From: Balanoglossus misakiensis
Lineage: Eukaryota > Animalia > Hemichordata
DNA: 64,000 nucleotides
Direction of reading: 5' to 3'
Assembly: GCA_040954595.2 (NCBI GenBank)
Contig: CM082581.2
Coordinates: 8,541,413-8,605,412 of the forward strand
Part shown: positions 44,601 through 61,900 of the stretch, in pieces
Layout of the letters: every line of letters begins with the position of its first letter
How positions within the stretch are numbered: position 1 is the stretch's first letter
Position numbers and translations under genes: made by a program
Notes under the pieces: model-generated
What the model saw: only the letters and a program-made list of their open reading frames with translations
Database searches by the model: none
Told to the model about the DNA's origin: nothing

Positions 44601-47600
44601 CTGTACATTGACGGCGTATGAATGGGGCCCATTTCAATAGAGTATTTCAGGCACGTATTAAAAAAATAAACAAGTCGTTGCCGATTAGAAAGTGGTGCGC
44701 TCCTTGATGGAATTTTACTATTGTATTTTTATCAGCATTGACGGAAATCATCAGCTGTGTGGTCGAGAATTGAAGGCAGACTATGCAGGAAATGTGCGAC
44801 TGCATGCAATTGATCACAAATATTCATGAACGTACATGAATATTAAACGTACATGTTAGCCGGGCCTTGGATCAAAGCAGACTGACGTGCGAATATTGCT
44901 CTGCCTTAGTGCTTAAAGCGGTTCAGGAAATGTGCATATTTGATAAATGGCCCCGGACGTTGAAATAAAAACAAAACAGACATACTGCAGACTGGCGGTC
45001 CAGTGCATTAGTAAGATCCTAATTAAATATACAAGCTACGATTATACGTCCACAATACCTCTGAATTGCCCGTTCGTTTACTCCTGCCCAACATCTTTTG
45101 GAACCACGCTAAATAAAGAAGAAAAAGAAGTAGCTACCACTGCAACAAAACAAAACAAGACAAAAACAATTGCGTCACGGCTGTCCAATCAAGACTGGCG
45201 CTAAGCGACACCCGGAAAGTGATTAAAACAGCACATTCCGAGATCCGCCAACATCAGACCTCGTGTGAAAGCGCTTCCCGGAATATCAACACGTCAACCA
45301 AGAGACAGAGAGGCACATTGGAATGGTGCGGTTACCTAGCAACTGCACACGCTTCGTTTCTCGTCAACTTGTCTACTTTTGTGCTGTATAATTGATTTTC
45401 AGACATGCCATTTTCAATTTTGTAAGTGAGCAGAATAGTCTACTTTGAAGAACTGTTTGTTATTGTCATCGGGAACAATGCACTGTGTCTTTATTTGTGT
45501 TACTTGCATATATAAGTTTAAGTTTATATTAGGTACATAAATAATCATGATTGCCATAAATTTGACTTGGATACCACAATGATATGAACCGTTGCCAAGC
45601 AATAACTATAAAATCTATTTTCTCTTTTTTAAACCTCTAAAAGTAATTACTAAAAATATAACCCCATCACAAAGGCTGAACCAAACAGCTAAATATACAT
45701 TTTTCATTACGGTTGATGCTTTAATGTGTTTTGTCTAGGACAGAATGTAGGCCAGGTAAAAGAGGATTATCCGTATTATTCACGTGAACCGAATGGGTAC
45801 TTAAAATTTCATTCCATTTATATATAAAGAACTGATAAAACTTTCTCGAAAACCACGAGAAAAGCTCACAATAACAATCACATAAAGAAAGACCCTCACA
45901 ATTATTGAAGTTTATAAGTGAGCTCTTGGTATTTACAGAAATGTATTGGGCATTGAATTAAAAATATAAAAAGTCGATAAGAGATAGTACAAGCCGAAAT
46001 AGTGTCAGGTTAGACGTACGTGTTTTACTAGAAATGACAACACACGTTGGTTCTCTTGTTCTGTTGACGGCACCATTCACGTTTCCTCCGACCCCAACGG
46101 ACACCTCAATGATGTCAGAGGTTGTTCAGCAACGATTCTCTGTTTTCGTTCTCAGGAAGATGAAGAAACACAAGGTAGATTTCCCACATATAAGTTTCGG
46201 CGCCACACCGGTGTGCAGTCTGCCGGGTTTGGTGATGAAGAACGTGACCGAGTGGAACGCTGGGAGTTACATCTTTTACGGTAAGAGAACCATCATCAGC
46301 CGGTCTCCTGAATGAAAATATTTAACATTTCCGTGAATTACATCCGACTACCATCTGACCAAACACATTTTCAAAATCTAAGTGGTACATTTTTGTTTTG
46401 AATTGATCACAAAACTTGTTGTAATACAAGCTTAAAAATGATGACACAAGAGTGACACACGATAGACAGATCAATAATCATGGCTATTAATTTTTTTAAA
46501 GTCGCGCAGGAAGGTGACACTTGTATAATGGAAAATTTCGCATACGTGATTACACGAACTCCTCGTTTCCAATTATGCGGGTCTTCTCGTCACACTTGTT
46601 CAACTATAATAGCTAAAAAACACATCAGCTCATCGCCGGAAAATATCCTGTTATTAATGCTCTAAATATAGTGTGTACAGGCTACCCTGCATTTGGCTTC
46701 GCAAATTTCCGGTCCTAATTCGCCCTTAGGTTGCTCTTGTGCCAGCAGAGGAGGGTTATTGTACTATGTTCTGAAACTAATCACTGTTAATTCACATTCC
46801 AAATATATCCATGACGTTTCTAAATTTGTTGATCACTGATAAGTGCATGATATATTGGATCGCAGATCTGTGTACATGTACTGTGGATATCTGTAATGCG
46901 CAGTAAATCGTAGCGCACACGTTTCGAGTGAGACTGAGAACCTGCGAATTTCTCAGGCCGTACGAGCCAGAGAGTTCCATGTGAAGGTATTAAGAATTAT
47001 TAAAACGATGTTTATAATTTTCTGCACCGTTGCCTATAGCAAATCCCCCGGAGCCCCAAAACCATTGTTCTGTCGGATATGCGGATGAAATAGAACGTCT
47101 GTCTCACCGCTGAACATATCGTGGTCTCAAGAAGCCATTAATTTGGCACGCGGCGAAAGCAAACCAAAACAGTTATGCGCACCTGTTGAGGATCGATATC
47201 TACAGTAAATTTTGCGTCCATGCGCATGCCCAGCAAAATGATGAACACGTCCGCGCACGGTTAGACTTGCCGTTTTCCCGTCGTCCCTTGTGTTTCCAGT
47301 GCTTTGTTCAAATCACATACTTCACTTTCTCTTGCGATATACGTATAGTTATGTGCTTTGCGTCTCATATTATTGAAATCGCCTTGCGCTAACCACTGGA
47401 GACGAGGATAAATGTCACTGTTAATGAGAACCCTGGCCAGTTCAATAAATAATAATAAACATATCCCATGACAACATCCAAAGATAAACTGGTGTAATAT
47501 GATTTGGGTCATGAACAATTCATGTGTTATCTCGCCTTATTAATATGAGATGAGCATCCAAATAGATCATGTACACAAGCATCTCACAGAGAGGAGACAA

Positions 47601-50600
47601 AACGGTGTTGCAACACTATAGGGGATAACATAGGAGTCATATAGTCTACAGGACTGTAGCATAAATTTTCCTGACACTGAATATATTGTCAGATGCCAGC
47701 TGCCGATGGGGGCGGTGTACGACCTGTAATTTACATGTATGGAGGATGGGCAAGGTTTCACCGCATTGGAATACAGAGCACGACATAGACTTAGCATCAA
47801 TGCGTGGCTTCATAAATCCACACTTCCATACGGTGTATATAGATAGAACTCGACACATGACATGTGTGAACATGTGTAGATGACACCTGTGTGGAAATTA
47901 TATTCAAGTGTAGGCCTAAATTACACATGTTCACACATTTTCGACCACAGTTCTCAATGAAATCAACCTAAAAATAGGATGATTTCATTTTAGGTTTTAA
48001 ATGGGCGATTTCTATGCATGTACGGAACATGATTGAAACTATTTCGGGGATTAATAAAATTTGGATAAACTTTGATGCGATGCATGCTACCGATATTTAT
48101 GTTGTCTGTAAATATTTGGCACAGATTAAAAAGACAACCACGCCCATGACAACTACAAAATTATCTGTCCTGCAAAAAAGGCGATAGTTGGTGAACATTG
48201 GGAAGCTTTATATGCATAATCGTATATATACATGTATACATGTAATACGCTTAAATATTAAAACATTTCAATTTTTCTCACTTAATTCCAATTCTTTTCT
48301 ATTTGTTTGGTTCCGTCATATCACAGACACACAAAATCAAATGTTAGACGCCTGCAAGACGGAGGACATTGCCATCGAAGTTTTAGCCAAAGTCATCGCC
48401 CACTACCCAAACAGAAACCAGATGCTGATCGACTGTGGATGGACGGCGCTCAACTTCCAAGGCGGCCAACACGGACACGGTCTCTTCAAGGGCCATCCAC
48501 ATCTCAAGTAAGTTGTTCAGGATCCCTCCCTTCGCGCATTGTTGGCTGACATAATCCCGACGATTGCTCGGCAGTAGGTCGGTGGGATTTGCGCGCCATT
48601 GATATCGTTCTTGTGTTATCTTTGAATTAGCCTCGCGACCGCAGCGGTAGCGTTGATTTCCCTTCTACATTCCGTTCACGATTTCAGCTTAAACGCCCTA
48701 CACATTCTAATAAGAATTGTGTTTAACTTTCCCATTAAAAGTAAACATGTGACGTCTCCCAGCCTTTTCGGTCTCAGTTCTTAATTTCATATTCCTGGGG
48801 ACGAAGCTTAGACATGAGTTAATTTCTATCTTCTGTCTATTGACAAAGTCACAATCACAAAAAGTTACAGTTGTGTGCATTGTATCCAGCAGCACATTGA
48901 TAGCCTAGGACTCCAAAGACCGGTGGTGTTAGAGCAGATACCATTAGAGTATGCATTAATGAGCAATCACGAAAACTTGACAAAAGCGTCCCTTTAAATT
49001 TAGCAAAAATGAGTGAAAAAATCTTCCAGCTCCATAAAAGTAGCAGTTACATTTGGCGAACAATATTCCTCGACGGTCGCAAGTTTGATTTATAGCCAGT
49101 AATGCAGTTTATACTGCATTTATCAGTACAACCAGCGAGTTGGTACGAAGTCATTTTCCGCGAATAAAAAAATACTCATATATCTCAATATCTTGTGTCA
49201 CATCCTCGTTGCCTATGCCCCAAGGATGAGCATTTTCTGTTAACGTTTCAAATTAAAATAGCATTACAAGCGTCGAATACAGATTGCCCGTTTTGTTTTC
49301 AGTTAAAACCAGAGTGATTTGTTATCAAAAACTGCCACGCGCAGAAATTGGCCGGCTTTCAAAATGTAATCATGTCGTCTGCGAAACGGTTATTAATAAT
49401 TGATTGGGAACTGTAAGTCAGTTCTGTCTGGTACCATGGTGCATGCATAAGATACTAAATTTCTCAAAACAATCAACTCTTTAGTCTCATGAAATGATGT
49501 TTATTAACATAATTGCAGCCAAATTATATTTTTACATACTTCAATATCCATCATACAAAGCAATAAATTCGGATTGGCGTCTTTGATGGGACGAGACTGA
49601 CAGAAAATAATGAGCTGTCCCTGCTCCGTCGACGTCCTATCACGTTCTCTTCTTAACGTGCGCGGAGAACCACAGCAGAGAGTGCGGACAGAAATGATGT
49701 ATGCAACGTATATAACTATATCCGTGCTGCGAATGTTAATAACGTTCACACTCATTATAGATAACATAATTACAATATACATGTACATGTATATTCATTC
49801 TTGTGATTGAAGTGGCAAATTACTTTGATGTACCGTGGTTACATAATATAAGAACTTGATATCTCACGTTTTTCGACACACCTGACGTCATTACCTTGGT
49901 ATCGCTTGGTGTCAAGCCGAGGAGTTTATATGCTGTATTTTATTTTTTGCGAATCTGATTAGCCAATGTGGTGTGATGTGTGAGAATTGTGCTGTGCTGT
50001 CTCGTATTGCGCTCGATTGTATTGTATTCGTCACACTTAAAATACATATGGTACGTCACAATGGTAAATAATTGCCTGGATTGTATGCAACTCGATGAAT
50101 TAAATAATTAGACTGCGGCGGATCTGATAATCGATGGGCGCCATTGTTGCATTCATTGTTGCAGACAGATATATAGCAACACCACAGCTTTCACGTCCAC
50201 ATGGGTCATAATAAATTCTGCGCAAAGCTGGTCTGAGTAAGTAGTCCGTTGTAGAAGCCACAAACCGCAATAGGTGGCTGATTATAGGCCTGCTGGTAAA
50301 ATGCGAGGCCGGCTCAAACTTCACAGTTCATAAAACGCTTTGACGGCGCGGCCATTCACATTTAATGACATACAACAAAGAGCAATATGCGCATATACAT
50401 GTACATATAATACCGGATTAATTAATTAAGTAATGAGTGCATACTCGCACACGTCACGGCTGAACGATATTCTGCACTTCAGCGAGCATCACCATGAAAA
50501 CACAAGCTTCCGTTTTCTTTCTCTTTCAAGGATCACCACAATGTCACAGGAAGTAAGTAAAGTAGAAGACGATCGCGGAAACTTAGATAATTCAAGATAC

Positions 50601-50973
50601 CCCATTGGGACAATATTGCGAATCTTACCCTACAACGTAAGTCATGTATATTTCAAATTGCTCTGAAACTTTCTGAGAGAGAGATACACACTGAAAGCGA
50701 GCAGAGGGACAGAGCCATGCATAGACAGACAGACAGACGGACAGACAGACGAACGGACAGAGACAGAGAATGTCATCACAAGGGCATAGACATAACAGAT
50801 ATATTATGTTTTCTAAAATACCATACCCATCTTCAACCATCTTTGCCTTTTTTCGTAATTGTTCTTTTTTCATCTTCCCTTAGGCTTGTGCCACAGCTGC
50901 TTTGCATAATACTTTCTACGCCCATTCCAAAGGTGTGGTAGTGGAAGAGTGGACTCCAGTGCGAGGCTGGTGA
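32657..50973 (+). CDS. D-serine dehydratase / DSD1-family protein (alanine-racemase-N + D-Ser dehydratase domain); exons 32657-33049, 40221-40501, 42014-42200, 46156-46280, 48327-48507, 50531-50636, 50884-50973
   Basis: All introns are GT-AG with consistent phases (2,1,2,1,2,0). Motifs: TPALVID, LRPHMKAHK (PLP Lys), VSTLAEA, GYDDILYA, GATP, IDCGWTAL, MSQE, LRILPYNAC and C-terminal W.PVRGW*. About 456-459 aa with either upstream exon. Confidence 0.9.
50721..50768. repeat. Degenerate (AGAC)n microsatellite in the last DSD-like intron
   Basis: Read directly. Confidence 0.8.
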
Positions 50974-53764
50974 AGATCTCAAATACTTCAATGTCATAAA
51001 AGTGAATGTGCATGTATATGCACGGAATGGCCCATGATGCCATTGCTTCAAATGGAGCAATCACAAGTTTTTGTGAGATCTCCCATTTTTTAAAGTATAA
51101 CCATTTGAGTTTACAGTATTGTTTTAGATTGTGTATATATTATAGCTTCGACTGCTAATATTTTACGAAACGGTGATTGACACCCTGTGTAAAATACTAC
51201 ATGTAGTTAACTCCACTGCATTTTAGAATATTATTTACAGTCTGTGAGCAGTTGTCAAATTGGAAAAGAATTGGATGCTTATTTGGAAGCAACCCGGGGA
51301 AAACTACAAGAACGGAGAGTTCAATGTGTTGGCGTTCATCTAAGTAAAACCGAGGTAGAGATTGGCTCTTTCCTTTCCTCTTTACTTGAATTTTACATTC
51401 ATGGGTGGGTCAGTTTCAACACTCTACATGTACCTACAGAGGCAATATATAGTAAAATAGGGAACATAGACCCCCTCGACGAGTATGAGATAACAGGCCG
51501 AGCACATGCATGTGATGTACATGTACATGGTAAACCGCCATGGGTATTGGTGACATGGATGTCCAAACGTCAAACGTTTTTTTTTTTTTTTTGATCGTAC
51601 GCGTGTTTCATACGTTTGCATTCTCGCGAGAATCGGCGATGTCTTTAGTGAATAGGAGAAGTGCGATTTCACAAGACTGGCAAGCGATACTGCATATAAA
51701 TATAAATATCTGAAATACTAGTGTGATATTTTCTCAGTCGGGGACAAAATATATAACTGTGCTAAAGATGCTACCGACAAATATCTAGTTAGTTCTAGTT
51801 TCAAAACCGCCATGTTTAATTATCGTTGATAAGTAGGAATGTCATAGTAAGATACTAATTAATTAACGCCAAAGCGTTTGAATATATTGTGCCAAGCATA
51901 GAAGCCCTTTATGATCATTTCAATTGATACGGTAACGCATACCGGGTAATTAGCAATTGAAATGTAGTTACTTTCATTAGTGTCTGTAGAAATGAAATCT
52001 TGCATTGTCTCAAACTTGGAACGCTGCATGTGACCTCTTAATGACTTATGATCGTCATTTTCCTGTTTGCCACAGAATTAAAAAGCTATCTGCCTGTCAT
52101 CTATCACCGACGCGTGCCTAAAGACTGCATACGTAGTTACGGACACGACTCCAACTTCAATAGTACAAAAGCTCGATGACGTATAAAATCTTTTGAAGTA
52201 TGACGATAAAATGACGTCATTGCAGAGCTCTGTCGGTATTTACTGAAAAAAAATCGCTTTATACACATAATAGCATCTGTTTCGTAATTTTTTATTTTTT
52301 CGAGTTTCCAATGTGTGTTTGATGACGTTTCAATTTGCTAGTCAGAGTTCTTTCCAGATAACACGTTCTTGTAAATAACATCGCTTGTCTTAGCTTCTTC
52401 CTATTGCCAAACATTTGTTGTGTATTCCTGACATAATTAATATTCCCATAACTATGCACTCCTGTACAATTTTCCGCTAGAGGAAAGATTTCTCATTTTG
52501 TGTCAATAATTTATCAATTTCTCATACCGTGCCGTAGCGTTGGCAAAGGTGCCGGAAAGAACGCACGTTAAATATTAAATGCTACGTAAATAAACTCAAA
52601 GAAACAGCATGAAAGAATAAAATAAAAACCATATGATTCAAAGACATTTTGGTCGTTCGAGTGATCTGTATCCTGTGGCCGACAAAAGCGCAGCCAGCGG
52701 CAGAATTGGGCCAGGAAACCGAAAGGCCAATTTGAAGACATGAATGGCATTCTCGACCACAAAGTGGACAAAGAGTCACCTCACAAACGACCACAGCCGT
52801 AAACCATTTCCTTTATCAAAGCGCAGGAAATGGAGGAAAATTAATTTCACCTTCCACATAATCGGAAAGGCTTCAGATCCACTTAATGGGGAGGAAATTG
52901 TTCTTCTGAAAAGAAAAACCCCTTCGCATTTATAGTGCTCCCTCACGTGGTGAGCTGACATTGTGCAGTTGTTTATATTGTAGGTGCATGTCCGTGACCA
53001 CTCCATGCCAGAATATCATGGTACCAACACTGTACATTGTATTTGTTTTACCAAAAGTTGCGACTAATTAACGAGTCCCCCGGCCGAACAACGTCATTGG
53101 GGCATTCATAAATGTACGCCCTCTTGTGATATAAAATATCCACATTTCTCTGAAGAATACCGTGTTTAGGTCATGACGGAGTTATGCCTGTACAAAAAAT
53201 GTAACCACTTCCTGAAATTAGATATATACACGTGCGTCTCGATATCCAAAACAAATTCAGCCTTCCGTGAGGTTATGGAACCAATCGTGAAAGATGCATC
53301 ATCGGTAATGCATCAGTCAAAAAATATTTTCGCGCAACTGGGGCCAACCACATCCGGCTGACTGTGAACTCGTGCATTTGAAACACCGTTTGCGTTATTT
53401 ATGAATCGTTATGAATTCCAGATTTGGTCAGAAACGTTTGACCATCATTGCAACGACGGCATGGTGCTGATTTTGTAAAAGCAGGTTTAATATGTTTGAG
53501 AACACTATTAAAAGGAGGGGTTACAAATCCACAAACGCAAAGAAAACTTTAGCACTCTTACGTCCAAAAATGCATCCTTATTGCGAATTCAAGCGTATTA
53601 TACTTGGATATAATTTGTCTCTTGAGTACTGGATGAAAATGTCAGGCGTGAATGGGTTCTATGGTCTTTGGCAAGCAGTATAGTGTTTGGTACGGTACGT
53701 CGACCATAGACTTAGAAATCACCCCCATGGTCTCTGTGTATGTAGAAGTGGGAAGGTGTCACTT

Positions 53765-55042
53765 TCATCCTCTGATCTGCCAGGGGAACGGAATGTGGCA
53801 CGCACAGCAGTCGACTTGGATGTCAGAAATGGTGATGTCATTGGTGGCCAGGTCGACGACGCAGGCGCGGACATATCGGGGGACGGCCACGCACCTGCTG
53901 TTGGCGACACCTTGGCAACTCTCGCTGAGGCACTTCTCTTCGAAGACGAGCTGCTGGTAGGACAGCTCCGGGAGCTGGAGAAGGGAGACAGGAGAGAGCT
54001 TTAACAAAAATGCAGTGATAAAACGCCCTCTAAATATGGATACCCTATACCACAAACTATTTGTATGAAATTCAAATCCTGATAAATGATTGGTTAGTCT
54101 GAGCATCATCACCTTTGCCACACAGCTGACCAGAATATCTTGAATCACAGCACGAGTTTCATTGTTACGAAACCGATCTGTTATTCAGCTCCTATCTAAA
54201 CTGAATTCGATACCACGTCTTCGGGAGTTGAGTTGCACGTTATGGTTTATGTCGTAATTGTAACCCTGAGGGGAGGGCGCAAGGCGAGAAGAGACCATGA
54301 TCTCACAGGGTTCCGAACTAATTGGTCTGTTTTAGTCATGAGAATTGAAACGCTGTGGTTGTCTCTACAGGTTCGTTGCTATCATGTTCGCCAAGGTTAA
54401 TAACAATTTCTGTTTGAACAGTTTACACTCAAACAGCGTAAGGCCTCGCATGCTTAGGTGTAATGATGGCAACGCACACTCATAAAAAAACTTGTGTCCA
54501 TAAACTCGAAGCTTTGAGTGACCAGCACCATTTTGTTGTTGAAAGGTTTAACTTACTTGCACAACTTGGACGAGGTTGTTATCGGTGGTGAAGGCAAGTG
54601 TAATGGCGCTCCAGTCCGACGATACGGGGCACACACGGATGCCTTCTGCCTGCATGATATCCAGTCTGGCGCCCGAGCTAGCACCGTGGAACTCCTTCCT
54701 CGGCGGCTCAGAAGAAGACTGAAAGAACTGGCCGTACGTTCGGAAAATCTGCCGCTGCTGGTTGGCCGTTAAGGGTATGAACTCGTCGTGGCGGTGTTCG
54801 ATCACGAGGGATGGGTTTTCTTCGATTGAATGGATCACATCTTGGCGGCTGTCGATGAAGTCGATCTGAGACGGGGTCAGCGTGAGTGTTTCTCTAGTGA
54901 AAACCGTCTCATCTATCACTGGCAGTTCTCGGTGTACTGGATCCAGCCTCTCGGCGAACTGGCGATGGCGGAAAGCGTTAGTCGTGTCAAGACTATGTAA
55001 GACAACGACAGAGATCAGGGTGGTTATCGTGGAACGGATCAT
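53765..55042 (-). CDS. Secreted neurotrophin (NGF-like)/Spaetzle-superfamily cystine-knot precursor, 231 aa; exons 55042-54557 and 53974-53765
   Basis: ATG at 55042 and signal peptide MIRSTITTLISVVVLHSLDTTNA. Phase-0 intron CAA|gtaagt...ctccag|CTC. The joined C-terminus GIRVCPVSSDW..A..V.V..QQLVFEEKC..CQGVANSRC..YVRA..D..IQVDCCAC matches the NGF pattern (VC..S.W, Q..FE.KC, C.G, NS.C, [FY]V[KR]A, CxC). Confidence 0.85.
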
Positions 55043-55246
55043 CTTGAGCGGCTCTGGAGTTGATCGTAACTGTCCTGACGGCTAGTGAAGTGTGAGGAAG
55101 TGTGCCGCTCCGTCGAAAGTGAAAAGAAGGCAAACACGCAGTTCGGGAGAACTTGTCATATGTCACATCCGGCCAAAGCGTAGGTTTAAGGGCGGGGCCT
55201 TCCTTCAAGAACGGGGGCGAATTCCTGCTCGACACGACTGTCGCCG

Positions 55247-55307
<61 letters not shown>

Positions 55308-55327
55308 GTCGTCGTCGTCGTCGTCGT
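55247..55327. repeat. Compound trinucleotide repeat (CAT)n(CGT)n
   Basis: Read directly. Lies ~200 bp upstream of the neurotrophin-like ATG. Confidence 0.98.
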
Positions 55328-57331
55328 CAGTCGTCATCACCAATGAAAACCACCATCACAACGTTTCTCTCGAAAAATCTTACTTTTAATATCATGTGTT
55401 CCCGCGTCAGAAGTACATGTAACAAGTACAATGCAGTTTTGGTGAAAAGAAGACCGTATGCGTGTGCCTTTGGAAAAAGAAAAAGTCGTAGAACAATGAA
55501 GGGTGTATTAGTGAGTGTTCGTGCATAATCATTTGGCACAGTGACAGAATTAGGGGTAATCGGGTCAATTTGTAAGTTTTGTTTGGGGGCGCTGTCCTAT
55601 GCACGAAATGCTTCAGGTATGCAAGTGTGTCGAGACCAGGAGACGTTTAGTTTGGCTGTCCATTGCCGAGATGCATATTTCTGTTGAAAGTGTCATTGAT
55701 ATCCCGGACCTTTGCTACGCACGTTGTCAGGTTTTTACAATATTTGATCAGATTCTTAGAAGTGAATAGCTACTTAGGTGATTGATTTGCGTTAACAAGT
55801 GGTTGATGAACCGTGACCGGGAGAGCACGTTATATGAGTATTGTTCGAGAGTACGGCTTTCCAGCGTCAGTGGGTTGGGCTTTGAGCGTGTAACGCGCGA
55901 CTGAGAAATTTCTGTTCAAATCTGTGTCATCAGGAAATAGTAGTTCTCTCGCTTCAGGCAGCTTTCAGGTAGAATGAGACGGATGTTTCTGAAGATTGTA
56001 GGGGTTAGGTCACGTTCTTCAATCGAAGTACGGGTGTGGGCATGCATGACATTTCAAAACGAAGGGAAAGTAATTTGTACAGTGGGATTTAGGAAAAAAC
56101 TCCATCAACAACTCTATATTATGCTGAGACAAGCTCCGGCCTCAACCTCACCCTCCAGTGTCCCTTCGTAATATCGCTGCAGTATCACTACGACGTGTAT
56201 TTGCAGCAGCTGCTGTCATCTCACAGGAATGCATCGTGCCGGTAGAACCCACTTCAAATAAAATGTCCTCCGTTTTCTGTCATTATCATCGCTTTGACAA
56301 GATATGATAACACGCCGCGCGTGGTTCACGTTAACCCCAAATGTTTACCAATTGTGTAAACTCATTTGCATGACGAAAAAGACAAGTTTGTTATGCTATA
56401 TACATAGACAGTAGAAACGTTCTGCTGTCAAGTCCGATCTCTTGTTTCTAGTGCTCAAGGATGTACTCATGGTTTTCCCCCAAAGTCACACACTCCGCTT
56501 CCATAAACAAGACCCCCTTCATCGATAAAACGGTCACTGAAGTCCTCATCGATAATCACGCGCCACTGTCACCTGCGGTGTGCCAGTAAGTAACAATGAA
56601 AGAGAAATTGTTTCGGAGGGACACCTGTTGCTTTCCTGCTTGAAGAGTGAACCGACCATGTACCAATCAAATCCGACCGTACGAGACCGCTGCACACGCA
56701 CTTCAATTAATGTTCCGCCTCATTATTTCAAGGAGACACGACAGCCAGCCAAGACGCATATTCACGACACGTGTACATATACTTATATTACTTGAGGTCA
56801 ATCCTCGTGACACCACGCGACTTCCTAAATTATCATGCCCGCCTCTATCAGGCCCGACGCGTCCCTTCTCTGCCTTCAAAAATTGGTCAGATTTAAGCAC
56901 ATGAAGCATCCATCAAGTATCTGCCTCAATCTTCTACGGTATTAATTGAAACACTGCTACGGAGAATACAAGATGACAGCATACGCGCAAGTTTCTGGGA
57001 TCGCCGCCGTTCTACAAACATCATTCGGAAACCTTCGGACACTCTGGCCTCCCCGGGCAACTTCCAACAGGTCAGTTAAACAATATCAGTTACTATACGT
57101 ATCTTCTTTCTCTGTGTGACTGGCCGAAAGGATGTCTCGGTATTCAGTTCAAAATGATATGTTTATATGCGTCATTAATTAAACTAATACACCCAATGCA
57201 GCTGTGAATACAGATAATATTATCTGAATTGATAGTCAAACCACGTGCAGCACGCGCCGAGTTTCTGTCGCAGTTAAAATTCCTTCCCCTCCTCTCTCTC
57301 TCATTCAGCAACACGACAGACCACAGCCGAC

Positions 57332-61623
<4,292 letters not shown>

Positions 61624-61787
61624 CTCTGGTGGATCATCGCTTGGTGGAAGTTTACACCAGATGTCAAATCTTTCAATTCAAGACAAATATAATTATCAAT
61701 AAAACTAATCTCCCTTTCCAATGGAAATGGTGACTATCATGATCCGCACATTGCGAACTTGTTTGGTTGTGGAGCCTATAGTCAAGA

Positions 61788-61900
61788 TAGATGAACGGAT
61801 GGGTTGATGAATCAATGGATGAATGAATATACGGATGGGTGGATGGTTTGGTGGTTGGATGGATGGATGGATGGATAGATGGATGGGTGGGTGGGTGGTT
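61788..61900. repeat. Degenerate (GGAT)/(GGGT) microsatellite downstream of the protease gene
   Basis: Read directly. Confidence 0.85.

Noticed and set aside
32657-50973. Recent horizontal transfer or bacterial contamination for the alanine-racemase-fold gene
   Set aside because: The gene has at least six spliceosomal introns, and the DSD1 family is known from fungi and animals.
56890-57070. Exon-like segment ending in caacag|gtcagt upstream of the protease
   Set aside because: No coherent in-frame start or homology. The signal-peptide exon at 57332 already provides a complete N-terminus. At most a 5'UTR exon.
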